Shown piece after piece: positions 20,362 through 30,807 of a DNA stretch of 64,000 nucleotides. Position numbers and translations under genes: made by a program. The DNA is from Leeuwenhoekiella palythoae (GTDB taxonomy: Bacteria > Bacteroidota > Bacteroidia > Flavobacteriales > Flavobacteriaceae), in contig CAXPYI010000003.1 in assembly GCA_964221315.1 (NCBI GenBank), positions 226,266 through 290,265 on the forward strand, written 5' to 3'. The first letter of the stretch is position 1; each line of letters opens with the position of its first letter. The notes beneath the pieces were generated by a model, which searched no databases, was not told where the DNA came from, and worked only from the letters and a program-made list of their open reading frames with translations.

Positions 20362-21003
20362 ATGAAAAAATTATTTATCATAGCATTTTTAGCATTAGGA
20401 ATGACGGGTTTTGCACAAAGTGATGCCAAAGCCGAAGAATTACTGACTGAGGTTAGTAAGAAAATAAAAGCCTACAAAAACATTAGTTTAGACTTTAAAT
20501 ATGAGCTAAATAATGTCAGTGAGAACATAAAACAGGAAACACGAGGTGACGTAGTCATTGAAGGCGAAAAGTACAAGCTCAATATTTTGGGTGTTACCAG
20601 AATCTTTGATGGTAAGACCTTATATACTATTAGTCCAGAAGATGAAGAAGTTACCATTTCTTCAGATAACACGGAAGACGAAGGCACTATTACACCAAGC
20701 AAAATGCTCTCATTTTACGAAGATGGCTATACCTATAAAATGGATATTGTCCAAAATGTAAAAGGCAGAAAAATTCAGTACGTAAAGTTGAACCCTATCG
20801 ACACCGATTCTGAAATAAAGCATATCTTATTGGGTATTGATGCTACTACGAAACACATATACAATCTTATAGAGGTAGGCAAAAACGGTACAAAAACAAC
20901 ATTAACTGTTAATTCTTTTAAAACCGACCAACCTATCTCAAAAACCTTATTTACATTTGACGAAAGTAAATACAGCGATTACTTTATCAATAGAATCGAT
21001 TAG
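20362..21003 (+). CDS. lolA: Outer-membrane lipoprotein carrier LolA
   Basis: Signal peptide, FDGKTLY motif, position after ftsK. Confidence 0.85.
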   Translation: MKKLFIIAFLALGMTGFAQSDAKAEELLTEVSKKIKAYKNISLDFKYELNNVSENIKQETRGDVVIEGEKYKLNILGVTRIFDGKTLYTISPEDEEVTISSDNTEDEGTITPSKMLSFYEDGYTYKMDIVQNVKGRKIQYVKLNPIDTDSEIKHILLGIDATTKHIYNLIEVGKNGTKTTLTVNSFKTDQPISKTLFTFDESKYSDYFINRID

Positions 21004-21022
21004 GTTTCTTAAAATTTAATGT

Positions 21023-23365
21023 GTGAAAATATTAGATAGGTACATACTTATCACATTCTTAAGGACGTTTTTTAGCGTCTTTATTATATTCATGTTCATC
21101 TTTGTGCTTCAAGGTGTTTGGCTATATATAGCTGAGCTGGCAGGTAAGGACTTAGATATTTCCGTTACGGCAAAGTTCATTCTGTACTACATGCCAAAGC
21201 TTATTCCTTTGGTTGTACCGTTGACCATTTTGTTGTCATCAATAATGGTGTTTGGCAATTTTGCAGAAAACTATGAGTTCGCTGCCATGAAATCCACAGG
21301 GATTTCCCTGCAACGTGCTATGCGAAGTCTTAGCGTATTTATTGTTGCGCTGGGTATAGCTTGTTTCTTTTTTGCCAATAATGTGATCCCTTGGGGAGAA
21401 TATAATTTTTACAACCTAAGACGAAACATTGCCAAAGTAAAGCCTGCTCTTGCCATCGCCGAAGGTCAATTTAACGAGATTGGAAACATTAATATAAAAG
21501 TTGAAAAAAAATCGGGCGATAGAGGTCAGTTCCTCGAGAATGTAGTTATCCACCAAAAGAGTTCTGTTAAAAGCGGAAATTATAAAGTCATCGTGTCTGA
21601 AAAAGGGGAATTGAAAAGTTCTCCAAATTCCAATGTGCTTCAATTAGAACTTATCAATGGTAATTATTATGAGGAAATCGTCAATAGGGATGCACGAAAA
21701 AATGTCGACAAACCACATGCCAGAAGCTATTTTGACAACTATATCATAAATGTTGACCTAGAGATTCTCAATTCTGAGGATTTAGATGAAAAGAACCATA
21801 AAGGTCGTCATTCTATGCAGAATATTGATCAACTAACCTACACCATCGATAGCCTTAAACAGCAACAAAAAGAAGATTACAAGCTTTTATCAAAAACACT
21901 ATACAGCCGTACAACATATTCGGCTTTAAATCTCAATATCAATACACCAGAAAAAGATTCATTGTTTTCTGGAGAAATACTTGATCTTTTCAATGCTGGT
22001 CAAAAAGTACAAATCACTAATCTTGCCATAAACTCAGCCAATAGTACAAGACAGATCATAGACTCCAATAAAAATAATTTTGAAACCAAGACTATATGGC
22101 TAAACAAGCATATTATTGCCCTACATGATAAGTTTGTATTGGCTTTTGCGTGTATCATTCTATTTTTTGTAGGTGCGCCATTGGGAGCATTAATCAGAAA
22201 AGGTGGGTTAGGTTTGCCAATGGTTATTGCCATAGTGTTGTTTTTAACCTATCATTTCTTTGGGATATTTGCCAAAAACAGTGCTGAAAAAGGGAGTTTT
22301 AGTCCAATAATTGGCTCTTGGCTGTCAACTGCCGTGATGTTACCATTAAGCATTTATTTAACGACAAGGGCTACTAATGATAAGGGAGCTTTTGAAGTTG
22401 AAACAATTCTTAGACCACTAAAAAAAATATTCAATCTCCAAAAAAATGAAGTTAGAGATAAATCATTTCTGGAAATTGAATCTGAGGATTATAAAACCCT
22501 AAAAGGATTTGATGATTCCAAGCTGATTCAAATCATAAAAAACCATAGAGATTTTGACTATAAATACGAGCATAAGAATTCTGCAATAGCAATACTGAAT
22601 GAGAGAGGCATTACAGAGCAAGAATTACGGCTTGCAGGTCATTTATCCAGTAGAAAACATGATGAAATTATAAGCTTGAAGAATGAATATGAAGAGGATT
22701 CGAAATTAGCTTTTATTTTTTACTTTATAATGACTGCATTCAATGTTGTGGCTGGAGTTTTTAACAACAATGGACCTCAATCATTAGCAATGATATTTTT
22801 CATTGTTGGTATCATATGTTTCTTGATTTTCATTACAGCTATAATAAAATCTATCATAAAACATATTGATTTGTTCAAAGCACTAGGTAAGTCAAGAAGT
22901 GCTAATGGTGCAATACTTTACTTCTTAGGTATGCCACTCTATTTCATATTTTATTTTGTCCAAAAGCGCCAAATAGGTTCTGAGTTGTTTAAAATAAATG
23001 AAAATAACAATGCTATTAAGGATGAATTATCAGGTCATTCAAAAAAAATATTAAAAGACTATAGAGATTATTCAAACACTAGCTTAGTTAGTTTTTTAAT
23101 TGGTGGTATTTTATTGGGATTATATTTTATCTGCAAAAACAATAAAATGCCAGAAATCGCTGAAGCTTCACTTAGCCTTAGTATTGTAGCACTGGTGTTC
23201 TTTGTTATCTATGTTATTGTAGAAACATTTGTTTATTTAAAACTTTACAAGATAACTGATAGAAAAGATAGACGTATTAATGCTTTAGCTTTATTTCTTT
23301 TGACGCCCTTTTATCCATTAAGATATTTTACTCTTAGAAACAAAGTAAATCAGGACTTTAGTTAA
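21023..23365 (+). CDS. LptF/LptG family LPS export permease with long C-terminal membrane extension
   Basis: ILDRYI start, ENYEFAAMKSTGISLQR, GAPLGALIRKGGLG; about 310 aa extra after the sixth TM. Confidence 0.88.
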   Translation: MKILDRYILITFLRTFFSVFIIFMFIFVLQGVWLYIAELAGKDLDISVTAKFILYYMPKLIPLVVPLTILLSSIMVFGNFAENYEFAAMKSTGISLQRAMRSLSVFIVALGIACFFFANNVIPWGEYNFYNLRRNIAKVKPALAIAEGQFNEIGNINIKVEKKSGDRGQFLENVVIHQKSSVKSGNYKVIVSEKGELKSSPNSNVLQLELINGNYYEEIVNRDARKNVDKPHARSYFDNYIINVDLEILNSEDLDEKNHKGRHSMQNIDQLTYTIDSLKQQQKEDYKLLSKTLYSRTTYSALNLNINTPEKDSLFSGEILDLFNAGQKVQITNLAINSANSTRQIIDSNKNNFETKTIWLNKHIIALHDKFVLAFACIILFFVGAPLGALIRKGGLGLPMVIAIVLFLTYHFFGIFAKNSAEKGSFSPIIGSWLSTAVMLPLSIYLTTRATNDKGAFEVETILRPLKKIFNLQKNEVRDKSFLEIESEDYKTLKGFDDSKLIQIIKNHRDFDYKYEHKNSAIAILNERGITEQELRLAGHLSSRKHDEIISLKNEYEEDSKLAFIFYFIMTAFNVVAGVFNNNGPQSLAMIFFIVGIICFLIFITAIIKSIIKHIDLFKALGKSRSANGAILYFLGMPLYFIFYFVQKRQIGSELFKINENNNAIKDELSGHSKKILKDYRDYSNTSLVSFLIGGILLGLYFICKNNKMPEIAEASLSLSIVALVFFVIYVIVETFVYLKLYKITDRKDRRINALALFLLTPFYPLRYFTLRNKVNQDFS

Positions 23366-23392
23366 ATCAACAAACAAAATATAAAATAAGCG

Positions 23393-23400
23393 TATCTTTG
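23393..23400 (+). promoter_or_regulatory. Bacteroidota -7 box for ribB
   Basis: TATCTTTG just upstream of the start. Confidence 0.65.
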
Positions 23401-23416
23401 CATCTTTAAATTTGTT

Positions 23417-24568
23417 GTGATGACCGTTAACACCATGAATACACAAACGAAGCTTAACACCATAGAAGAAGCCATTGAGGATATCCGTCAAGGCAAGGTC
23501 ATAATTGTTGTAGATGACGAAAACCGTGAAAACGAAGGTGATTTTGTAGCTGCCGCCGAAAAGGTAACACCCGAGATGATTAACTTTATGGCAACACATG
23601 GTAGAGGGTTAATTTGCACTCCGCTTACAGAACATCGTTGTAAGGAATTAGAGCTTAACATGATGGTAAGAAATAACACGGACCCTATGGAAACGGCCTT
23701 TACCGTTTCGGTAGATTTAAGAGGAAATGGTGTTAGTACTGGTATTTCTGCAAATGACCGAGCTAAAACCGTAAGGGCACTTGTAAACTACGAAACCAAA
23801 GCTTTTGAGTTAGCAAGACCTGGTCATATCTTTCCATTGGTGGCCAAAGAAGGTGGTGTTTTAAGGCGTACTGGTCATACGGAAGCAGCTATAGATTTTG
23901 CGCGTTTAGCAGGTTTTGAGCCAGCAGGTGTCATTGTTGAAATAATGAACGAAGATGGTACCATGGCACGCTTACCACAGCTCATGCAAGTCGCTAAAAA
24001 ATTCGACTTAAAGATTGTTTCTATCGAAGATTTGGTAGCCTACCGAATGGAATACGATTCCTTAATCGAAAAAAAGGAAGATTTTGATATCGAAACCCGT
24101 TTTGGAAGATTCAGACTGAGAGCTTACCTGCAAACAACCAATAATCAAATTCATATCGCATTAACCAAAGGCAACTGGAAATCTACAGAGCCCGTATTAA
24201 CCCGTGTTAACTCTAGCCTGGTAAACAACGATATACTTGGTACGTTGACCAATAACGTTGACCAAAAGTTAGACGATATGTTTAATGCTCTTAATTCTGA
24301 AGATAAAGGAGCTATTATTTTTATTAACCAACAGGCAGAATCTACTAACCTGCTTTCCCGGCTTTCTATACTAAAAGAAAATCAAGTAAAAGGGCAATTG
24401 GTTAAAGCGCCGAGAATCCCTATGGATGCTAAGGATTTTGGTATCGGCGCACAAATTCTACATGATCTAAAAATAAGCAAGCTCAAATTGATGTCTAATG
24501 CCTTACAGACCAAACGTGTTGGTATGATTGGTTATGGTTTAGAGATTGTTGAGTATGTAAATTATTAA
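23417..24568 (+). CDS. ribB: 3,4-dihydroxy-2-butanone-4-phosphate synthase fused to a degenerate GTP cyclohydrolase II-like domain
   Basis: [18 protein letters not shown]; C-terminal domain lacks the zinc Cys motif; exact start uncertain (23417/23420/23435). Confidence 0.93.
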   Translation: MMTVNTMNTQTKLNTIEEAIEDIRQGKVIIVVDDENRENEGDFVAAAEKVTPEMINFMATHGRGLICTPLTEHRCKELELNMMVRNNTDPMETAFTVSVDLRGNGVSTGISANDRAKTVRALVNYETKAFELARPGHIFPLVAKEGGVLRRTGHTEAAIDFARLAGFEPAGVIVEIMNEDGTMARLPQLMQVAKKFDLKIVSIEDLVAYRMEYDSLIEKKEDFDIETRFGRFRLRAYLQTTNNQIHIALTKGNWKSTEPVLTRVNSSLVNNDILGTLTNNVDQKLDDMFNALNSEDKGAIIFINQQAESTNLLSRLSILKENQVKGQLVKAPRIPMDAKDFGIGAQILHDLKISKLKLMSNALQTKRVGMIGYGLEIVEYVNY

Positions 24569-25536
24569 TCGATTACCGTAAATTCTTTTAATAGTTTTTT
24601 TTCTTTGGCATTTGGCACCTCTGATATAAAGGCATATCGTCCAGGTTTTAAATCTGCATAAAAATACCCTGTACTACCAGCAGGCATGTCATTGACACCT
24701 CCTAAGAAAGTTACACCATTAGGCACAGGTGTAATTAGACCTTTTGGATGTGACCAATCCATCCAATCCTCTAGTGCTTCTATGTTGGCATAGTCTTTTA
24801 ACTTAACTAAGTTTACATCGTGCTGCATAAAGTTTTCGTGATGTTTCTGCTCTTTGTAAAAAACCGAAAACACTTGTTTTCCTTTTGTAATAGGTTTATC
24901 ATAGGTTATACCTTCATCATTGGAAACAGTAATATTAACCGTAGGTTCTGGTGGTGTATTGCCACTAACTTCATCAGTCACTATAATGGGTTTTGCCATA
25001 CCCATAGACGTATGAAACTTGCCATTTGGCATTTTCACATAACATTCCATTATATAATAACCGGGCTCTAAATAAATTGTGGTCACAGCCGTTTCTCTTG
25101 GGCCTATAAGTCCAGAGCCACCAGAAAACACAATATCTCCAAACCACTCAGGTAATTTACCAAAAGCAGCAAACCCTTCTTCACTTTTACCTTCATTAAT
25201 AAGTTGCATCCCTTCTTCAAATACAGGTGCGACTTCTTCTATGGTATGACCTACATTCTTTCCTTCTGGATATTTATCCATTAAAAAGAAATGGGTTTCG
25301 TAAGAGAGATTTTGATACTTAAAGGTATTCCACCCAGATGGTATTGTATCCTTAGTTGTAAACTCCATACTCCTGGTAATAATATCAATAGTGTTTGAAG
25401 GAATCACTACTTCTTCATGTTCAGCTTTAGTCTTTTCGGTGTTCTTTTCAACTTTCTTTTTATCTGATTTACAACTAAAAACCAGTAGAAATATTGAGCA
25501 GAATACAAGTAAGTTTTTCACTAATAAATTTTTCAT
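24565..25536 (-). CDS. Lipoprotein with two cupredoxin-like domains
   Basis: Lipobox (VFSC); H...PGYYIMEC-x8-H-x4-M in domain 1; related PGRYAFIS in domain 2. Confidence 0.6.
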   Translation of the reverse strand: MKNLLVKNLLVFCSIFLLVFSCKSDKKKVEKNTEKTKAEHEEVVIPSNTIDIITRSMEFTTKDTIPSGWNTFKYQNLSYETHFFLMDKYPEGKNVGHTIEEVAPVFEEGMQLINEGKSEEGFAAFGKLPEWFGDIVFSGGSGLIGPRETAVTTIYLEPGYYIMECYVKMPNGKFHTSMGMAKPIIVTDEVSGNTPPEPTVNITVSNDEGITYDKPITKGKQVFSVFYKEQKHHENFMQHDVNLVKLKDYANIEALEDWMDWSHPKGLITPVPNGVTFLGGVNDMPAGSTGYFYADLKPGRYAFISEVPNAKEKKLLKEFTVID

Positions 25537-25766
25537 ACCTAATTGATTTTATGTTTGTTATAAAATTACAAATTTCAATTTAATGCTTAATTGTATTAGC
25601 TAATAAAGCTTCAGACGCTGATCTCAATAATTTCAATAAAGAATTTTAATACTTCAAAATAATTTATGTCTTGAACTAAGTTTTGGGCTCTTTTTAATTT
25701 GATAACCAAAGTTTTAAACTTTAATCAAAAGCCTTAATAAGATGTTTACTACCATTACAAGTTGAA

Positions 25767-28700
25767 TTATTTAAACCCAATATACTCAAGCTCTGCATCT
25801 AAAATGCCCTTAACATAAGTCTTATAAGCTGGGTAATCTTCTGGGTTTATATTATCAAAGGGTGTGGTACAATCTATCGTAACAACGAGTTTGTTTGGTT
25901 TAGGTGTTTCATAGTTTATTGAGTACTCGTGGTTTTTAAACTTAAAACTCTTGCTTTCTGGAATTTCCACAAAAGACTCTTCTTCTTTGATTTCTATGAT
26001 ATATTGCGTATTGTATTTATCTACAGTTTCATATTGAATATAATCAATCATGTAATTACGTTCTTCTAATTGAATTATAGAATTTTCATACGGATGAGAG
26101 ATAATAGGCAATTGCAATATCTTTATTGATCCAATACTGCTCATTTTCTTGTTTAAGGTTAAATCTGATACAAAAGACACAGATGCTGTTTCATCGTCTT
26201 TTTTTATTTCAGAAATTTCGTTCAAGGTAAAATCATCGATGAGTTTTGCCTTATAATCATCAGTCATATTGTTCTTTATAACCTCAGCATTAGGTTCACT
26301 AAAGACTTCGTTATAATAGGATACATTATGGCCTTTTACCTCAGTTGTAATATCAAGATTCATGTGATCTTCAGTAACATTTAACACTACCAGGTTCTCC
26401 ACATGGGATTTTATTCTATTGGCATCATCTAAATGAATTAAATCATAGGTTTTCTTTAAATTTTCTGATGCTAATGGAATTTCTAGCGCTGTCGCACCTC
26501 GCAAACTTGTTGGTAAGGTCTTATATGGTAAATACTTGCTTGTTAATTCTAGGAACTGTGGTTTACCATCTATCATAACCTTAACAATACAATGATTAAA
26601 ATCCGTACTTGGTAACACCAAGTTGTGCCTTCCATAGTCTGATGTGAGAACTAGAACCAAATTAGATTTTAACTCTGCCATTTTTGCCAAGGTAACAAAC
26701 AAGGTTGAGAAGTCTTTACAATCCCCTAAACTGGTGTTGATGGTTTTTGCAGGCTTTTGCGGAATAAAACCACTTTGCTTAAAACTCACATAACTGTAAT
26801 TAAAATTAGATATAATGTAGTTGTAAATGATCTTTGCACGTTCGTCTTCGCTGAGCTGTTTGTAGCCATTTGGAAAAAGCTTGTCGAACTCCTCTTCTAC
26901 TTTAGTATTTATTTCAATTCTAGATCTTACCAAATCTGAATACCAAATAGATATATCATTCCAGTCATTTATAGTACTAAAGTGTAAATACTCAACATGA
27001 TCTACAGAATTAGGCATATAATCTTCAGCAAACATCAATGTTTCTGGATTATTAACCTCCCATTTGTACAAATTATGCTCCTTCTTTTTAATAATCTCTG
27101 GCTCTAAGTTACCATTCATATATTTATAGTGAAGATCTACGGATTTTGGCACTAATATCTCAACTGAAGCATTTACAATAGGGTGAAATGATCCCATTTG
27201 CATTCTATCCGAAATATCCTTGTAGAATCTACCTGTCGTAGTGACTATACCTTCGTAATCTATATACACCACATCACCAATACTAATATCGTTAAACACT
27301 AGGTTAGAGCCACTTCTATCTGCAGGAACTACATTGCCATTTGGTTTAACCAATTCTGATTTTAAAAACTTATAAGACCCACCAAGTCCTAAATTGTATT
27401 CTTTAAATGTTTCAATTCCATTATTGGATGTAACTTCGTAGATATAAACATAGCGGTATTTAAAACCTCCTTCTTCAAAAATCTCAATGTTACTATCGTC
27501 CATAAGAATGTTGAATCCATAGTTGTTGGTGGTAATCTTATTTCTGTTGGCGTCTATGTAATCATAGGCTTCTTCTAATACGAGATCGTTTATAAGATTT
27601 TCCTTTTTAGAAATATCGTTTATTTTATTTCTAAGTTGTGAATCCCCACTATTATGCGCAAGTGCCTTTTTGTAATACTCTAAAGCCTCATTAGACTTGT
27701 TAAGTTGCTTTAAAATATCACCTTTCAATTCCATAGTGGTAAAACTGTAAGGATAGTTTGCTAGCATTTCATCTACATATGGCAATGCTTTCTTATACAT
27801 TTGATGACGCGTATAGTTGTTTACAATTCGCTTGAGGTAAATATTATCCTTAGTTAAATTATCATAGTCCTTAATTACAAGTGCCAAGGACTTTTTCTTT
27901 TGGTTTTTATCTTCATAATATTTTATAAGCTGGTTTTCCGCACCTAGATTAAATCCATTTTCTACAATATCCTCTAAAATAGAAATCGTTTTATCTTGAT
28001 CTTGAAAAATCTGGTCATAGAATGGTGCATACTTTAATCTAAAACTATCATTGCCATATTTTTCTGCCAAAGTATTTAAGTTCTCCAATGTGTTTTTAAT
28101 ACCTGTAATATCTTCCTTTCTGGCATAAGAAATAAAATCGGCACTTGTTTTTATAAGCTCAGAGTCGAAAGCGTTTTTAAGCTTTACAATATATTCATCA
28201 AATTCATCCATGGTTAGTCTAGACAACTCACCATAATCAGATAGTTTGCTTAAGATGGGTAGGTAATAATCAGGGTCATCACGTTCAATATTTTCACTAA
28301 GCTCATTGGCAGATGTATAATCGTTTTCTAAATTATAGGTCTGCATTAAAGCATTGCGAAGAAATGAGCTCTTTGGATATGTCTTGTAATGTGGTGTTAG
28401 CACATTTCTAGCTTCTTCGTATTTTGAATTTCTTATATAAGTGGCATACAATGCATAATGATACAATAAGTTATTTGGGTTGTTTTCTATCTTTTTCTTA
28501 AAAAAGGCTTCAAAATCATTTTCTTGTACTTTAGGGTTTAAGCTTTCTAAGCTCGATGTGTTATAACTCACTGGGTCACTTACAATCGTTATATTTTCCA
28601 ATGGTTTTTTATTCTCATCGAAAAGTGACAACAAAAAATAAGAGGTAGAATTACTTTCTGCAGTTTTAACTAGTAATCTATTGTTACCTTTAGGCAGGTT

Positions 28701-29525
28701 AACCATTACACCATAGGCGTTTAAATCTGTAGAAACATCCTTATCGTTTTTAAATATCTCAACATCATTTAGAAATATCTTAAAGGCTGAGCCACTTCCC
28801 ATTCGGATAAACACCCTCTGGTCTTCGCTTGAGTTTACAAACGTCTGTGCATAATTAACACCAGCACCATATTCGTTATGGTTAGTAAAAAACTGATAGG
28901 CTTCTTTGCTATTTGTACCATCATACCATCCTAAAATACCATTGCTTCTAGCATCAAACTCGCTGTCGTTGCTTGCATCGGTTTCGGCATCGTAAAATTT
29001 ATCCAAACCGCTTTTGTTCAGGTTTTCAAAACTCCCACAATACTGCCATTGTCTAATACTGTTTATCTTATCATTAAAATTGTAATACGCATCCCAATCG
29101 TTTTGGTGTCTACCTTTTATCGCTTTTAGATATAGTAATGCATCTTTTAAATCCACATGTGATACTCCATGATCGCTAATATCGTCAATGGTTTGAAAAA
29201 CATGGTTATTAAATCCTTCATCTAAATAATCTTGAAACAAAAAGGATTTATTCCAAAAGGCGAATAGGTAAAATTCAAATTCTTCTTTGGATAAAAATTC
29301 ATCCAAAAACTTTTTACTTGTTAGAATCTTACCGGTTTCATTTCTTAATATTTCATTGGTGAGCAACCACTCTATATCAGAACTTTTTTGTTTTTGAATT
29401 AATTTCTCTGCCGCTGCTCTATCGTTAGACAGTAGTTTGTTCCAAAAATCTTCATAATTATTTTGTGCAAGGCAGTTGAAGGCAACAAAAAGAATTGCTG
29501 CCAAGGAAAGGTAAGCTTTCTTCAT
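25767..29525 (-). CDS. Large secreted TPR + DUF3857 + transglutaminase-like protein
   Basis: Signal peptide, TPR-like helices, GDCKD and FNHCI transglutaminase-like motifs. Confidence 0.8.
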   Translation of the reverse strand: MKKAYLSLAAILFVAFNCLAQNNYEDFWNKLLSNDRAAAEKLIQKQKSSDIEWLLTNEILRNETGKILTSKKFLDEFLSKEEFEFYLFAFWNKSFLFQDYLDEGFNNHVFQTIDDISDHGVSHVDLKDALLYLKAIKGRHQNDWDAYYNFNDKINSIRQWQYCGSFENLNKSGLDKFYDAETDASNDSEFDARSNGILGWYDGTNSKEAYQFFTNHNEYGAGVNYAQTFVNSSEDQRVFIRMGSGSAFKIFLNDVEIFKNDKDVSTDLNAYGVMVNLPKGNNRLLVKTAESNSTSYFLLSLFDENKKPLENITIVSDPVSYNTSSLESLNPKVQENDFEAFFKKKIENNPNNLLYHYALYATYIRNSKYEEARNVLTPHYKTYPKSSFLRNALMQTYNLENDYTSANELSENIERDDPDYYLPILSKLSDYGELSRLTMDEFDEYIVKLKNAFDSELIKTSADFISYARKEDITGIKNTLENLNTLAEKYGNDSFRLKYAPFYDQIFQDQDKTISILEDIVENGFNLGAENQLIKYYEDKNQKKKSLALVIKDYDNLTKDNIYLKRIVNNYTRHQMYKKALPYVDEMLANYPYSFTTMELKGDILKQLNKSNEALEYYKKALAHNSGDSQLRNKINDISKKENLINDLVLEEAYDYIDANRNKITTNNYGFNILMDDSNIEIFEEGGFKYRYVYIYEVTSNNGIETFKEYNLGLGGSYKFLKSELVKPNGNVVPADRSGSNLVFNDISIGDVVYIDYEGIVTTTGRFYKDISDRMQMGSFHPIVNASVEILVPKSVDLHYKYMNGNLEPEIIKKKEHNLYKWEVNNPETLMFAEDYMPNSVDHVEYLHFSTINDWNDISIWYSDLVRSRIEINTKVEEEFDKLFPNGYKQLSEDERAKIIYNYIISNFNYSYVSFKQSGFIPQKPAKTINTSLGDCKDFSTLFVTLAKMAELKSNLVLVLTSDYGRHNLVLPSTDFNHCIVKVMIDGKPQFLELTSKYLPYKTLPTSLRGATALEIPLASENLKKTYDLIHLDDANRIKSHVENLVVLNVTEDHMNLDITTEVKGHNVSYYNEVFSEPNAEVIKNNMTDDYKAKLIDDFTLNEISEIKKDDETASVSFVSDLTLNKKMSSIGSIKILQLPIISHPYENSIIQLEERNYMIDYIQYETVDKYNTQYIIEIKEEESFVEIPESKSFKFKNHEYSINYETPKPNKLVVTIDCTTPFDNINPEDYPAYKTYVKGILDAELEYIGFK

Positions 29526-29540
29526 GGTAAATTGATATGT

Positions 29541-30734
29541 TTAATTGATAGTTTTAATGATTTGTGCCATTTTATTGGCTCTGTTTGTAACCTCTTCTTC
29601 AGACCAAGAGAGTTTTATTAAACAAGATATATTTCTTCCTATAAAATGGTCTGATTGTTCAAAAGATTTTGTCTGAAGATATAGCAAACCTTCTTTTACT
29701 TCTTTAGAAATAGGATACAAAGATTTTAAATTCGTTAAATGGTCCCATTTTCTAACATAATGCCAATTGTTGTCATAATAATGAAAACAGCCATCAATAC
29801 CATCGTCTTTAAGTGCTTTGGAAACTTTTCTGGCAGAAACTAAATCTGGTAAAAAGAAATTTAAAAACGCATAACTTTCCTCACCTCCTTCTGGTACAGA
29901 TCTAAAAGTAACCTCAGGGATTTGGGATAAAGCCTCTCTTATAATGGTGTAATTTTTTTTTTGAATTGAAATAAACTCTGGCAATCTCCTCACTTGTGCC
30001 AGACCGACTGCGGCATTTAACTCTGATATTCTAAAATTATAACCTAAAAACGGGTGGGTTTCGGCACCTCTGTCGTTACCAACATGGTCATGCCCATGAT
30101 CTGAATAATGGTCCGCATTTATATAATATTCTTTATTGTTTGTCACGACTGCTCCACCTTCTCCACAAGTTATGGTTTTTACAAAATCGAAGGAAAAGCA
30201 ACCTAAATCGGCTATACTTCCAAGAGGCCTTCCTTTATAGCTACCTCCTATGGCTTGGCATGCATCTTCAACAAAAATAAGATTGTGTTTAATGCAGATT
30301 GAACGAAGTGCATCCATATTTGCCATGCTTCCGCACATTTGCACTACCATAACTGCTTTGGTCTTTGGAGTAACCGCTTTTTCTACAGCGTTAGGATCTA
30401 AGGTTAAGGTATCATCAATATCTACCAAAACCGGAATGGCACCCAACATCATAATAGCTTCAAAACTCGCAACAAATGTGAATGTTGGCATAATGACCTC
30501 ATCTCCTGCACCCACTCCAGCAGAAGCCAATGCCACCGAAACTGCAGCAGTCCCACTAGAAACCAATTGTACATATTTTGATTGAAAAGTAGATGCGAGT
30601 TCAGACTCCAGCTCTTTAGCTTTCCAGTGACCTTTGCGCATACCGTCAAAACCATATCGCATTAATACACCATTATCTAAAACATCATTGACTTCTTTAC
30701 GTTCTAAATCACCGAACAACTCAAATCCAGGCAT
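29541..30734 (-). CDS. DegT/DnrJ PLP aminotransferase, KdnA-like (8-amino-Kdo transaminase)
   Basis: EDACQ, SFDFVK PLP lysine; MPGFELFG and SDHGHDH..DRGAE recalled as matching Shewanella KdnA. Confidence 0.85.
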   Translation of the reverse strand: MPGFELFGDLERKEVNDVLDNGVLMRYGFDGMRKGHWKAKELESELASTFQSKYVQLVSSGTAAVSVALASAGVGAGDEVIMPTFTFVASFEAIMMLGAIPVLVDIDDTLTLDPNAVEKAVTPKTKAVMVVQMCGSMANMDALRSICIKHNLIFVEDACQAIGGSYKGRPLGSIADLGCFSFDFVKTITCGEGGAVVTNNKEYYINADHYSDHGHDHVGNDRGAETHPFLGYNFRISELNAAVGLAQVRRLPEFISIQKKNYTIIREALSQIPEVTFRSVPEGGEESYAFLNFFLPDLVSARKVSKALKDDGIDGCFHYYDNNWHYVRKWDHLTNLKSLYPISKEVKEGLLYLQTKSFEQSDHFIGRNISCLIKLSWSEEEVTNRANKMAQIIKTIN

Positions 30735-30807
30735 AAATTATTTTAAAATTAAAGTTTTAATATTAGGATAAATTAGGGATTCTGCCAAAGATTTGACATT
30801 ATAATTG

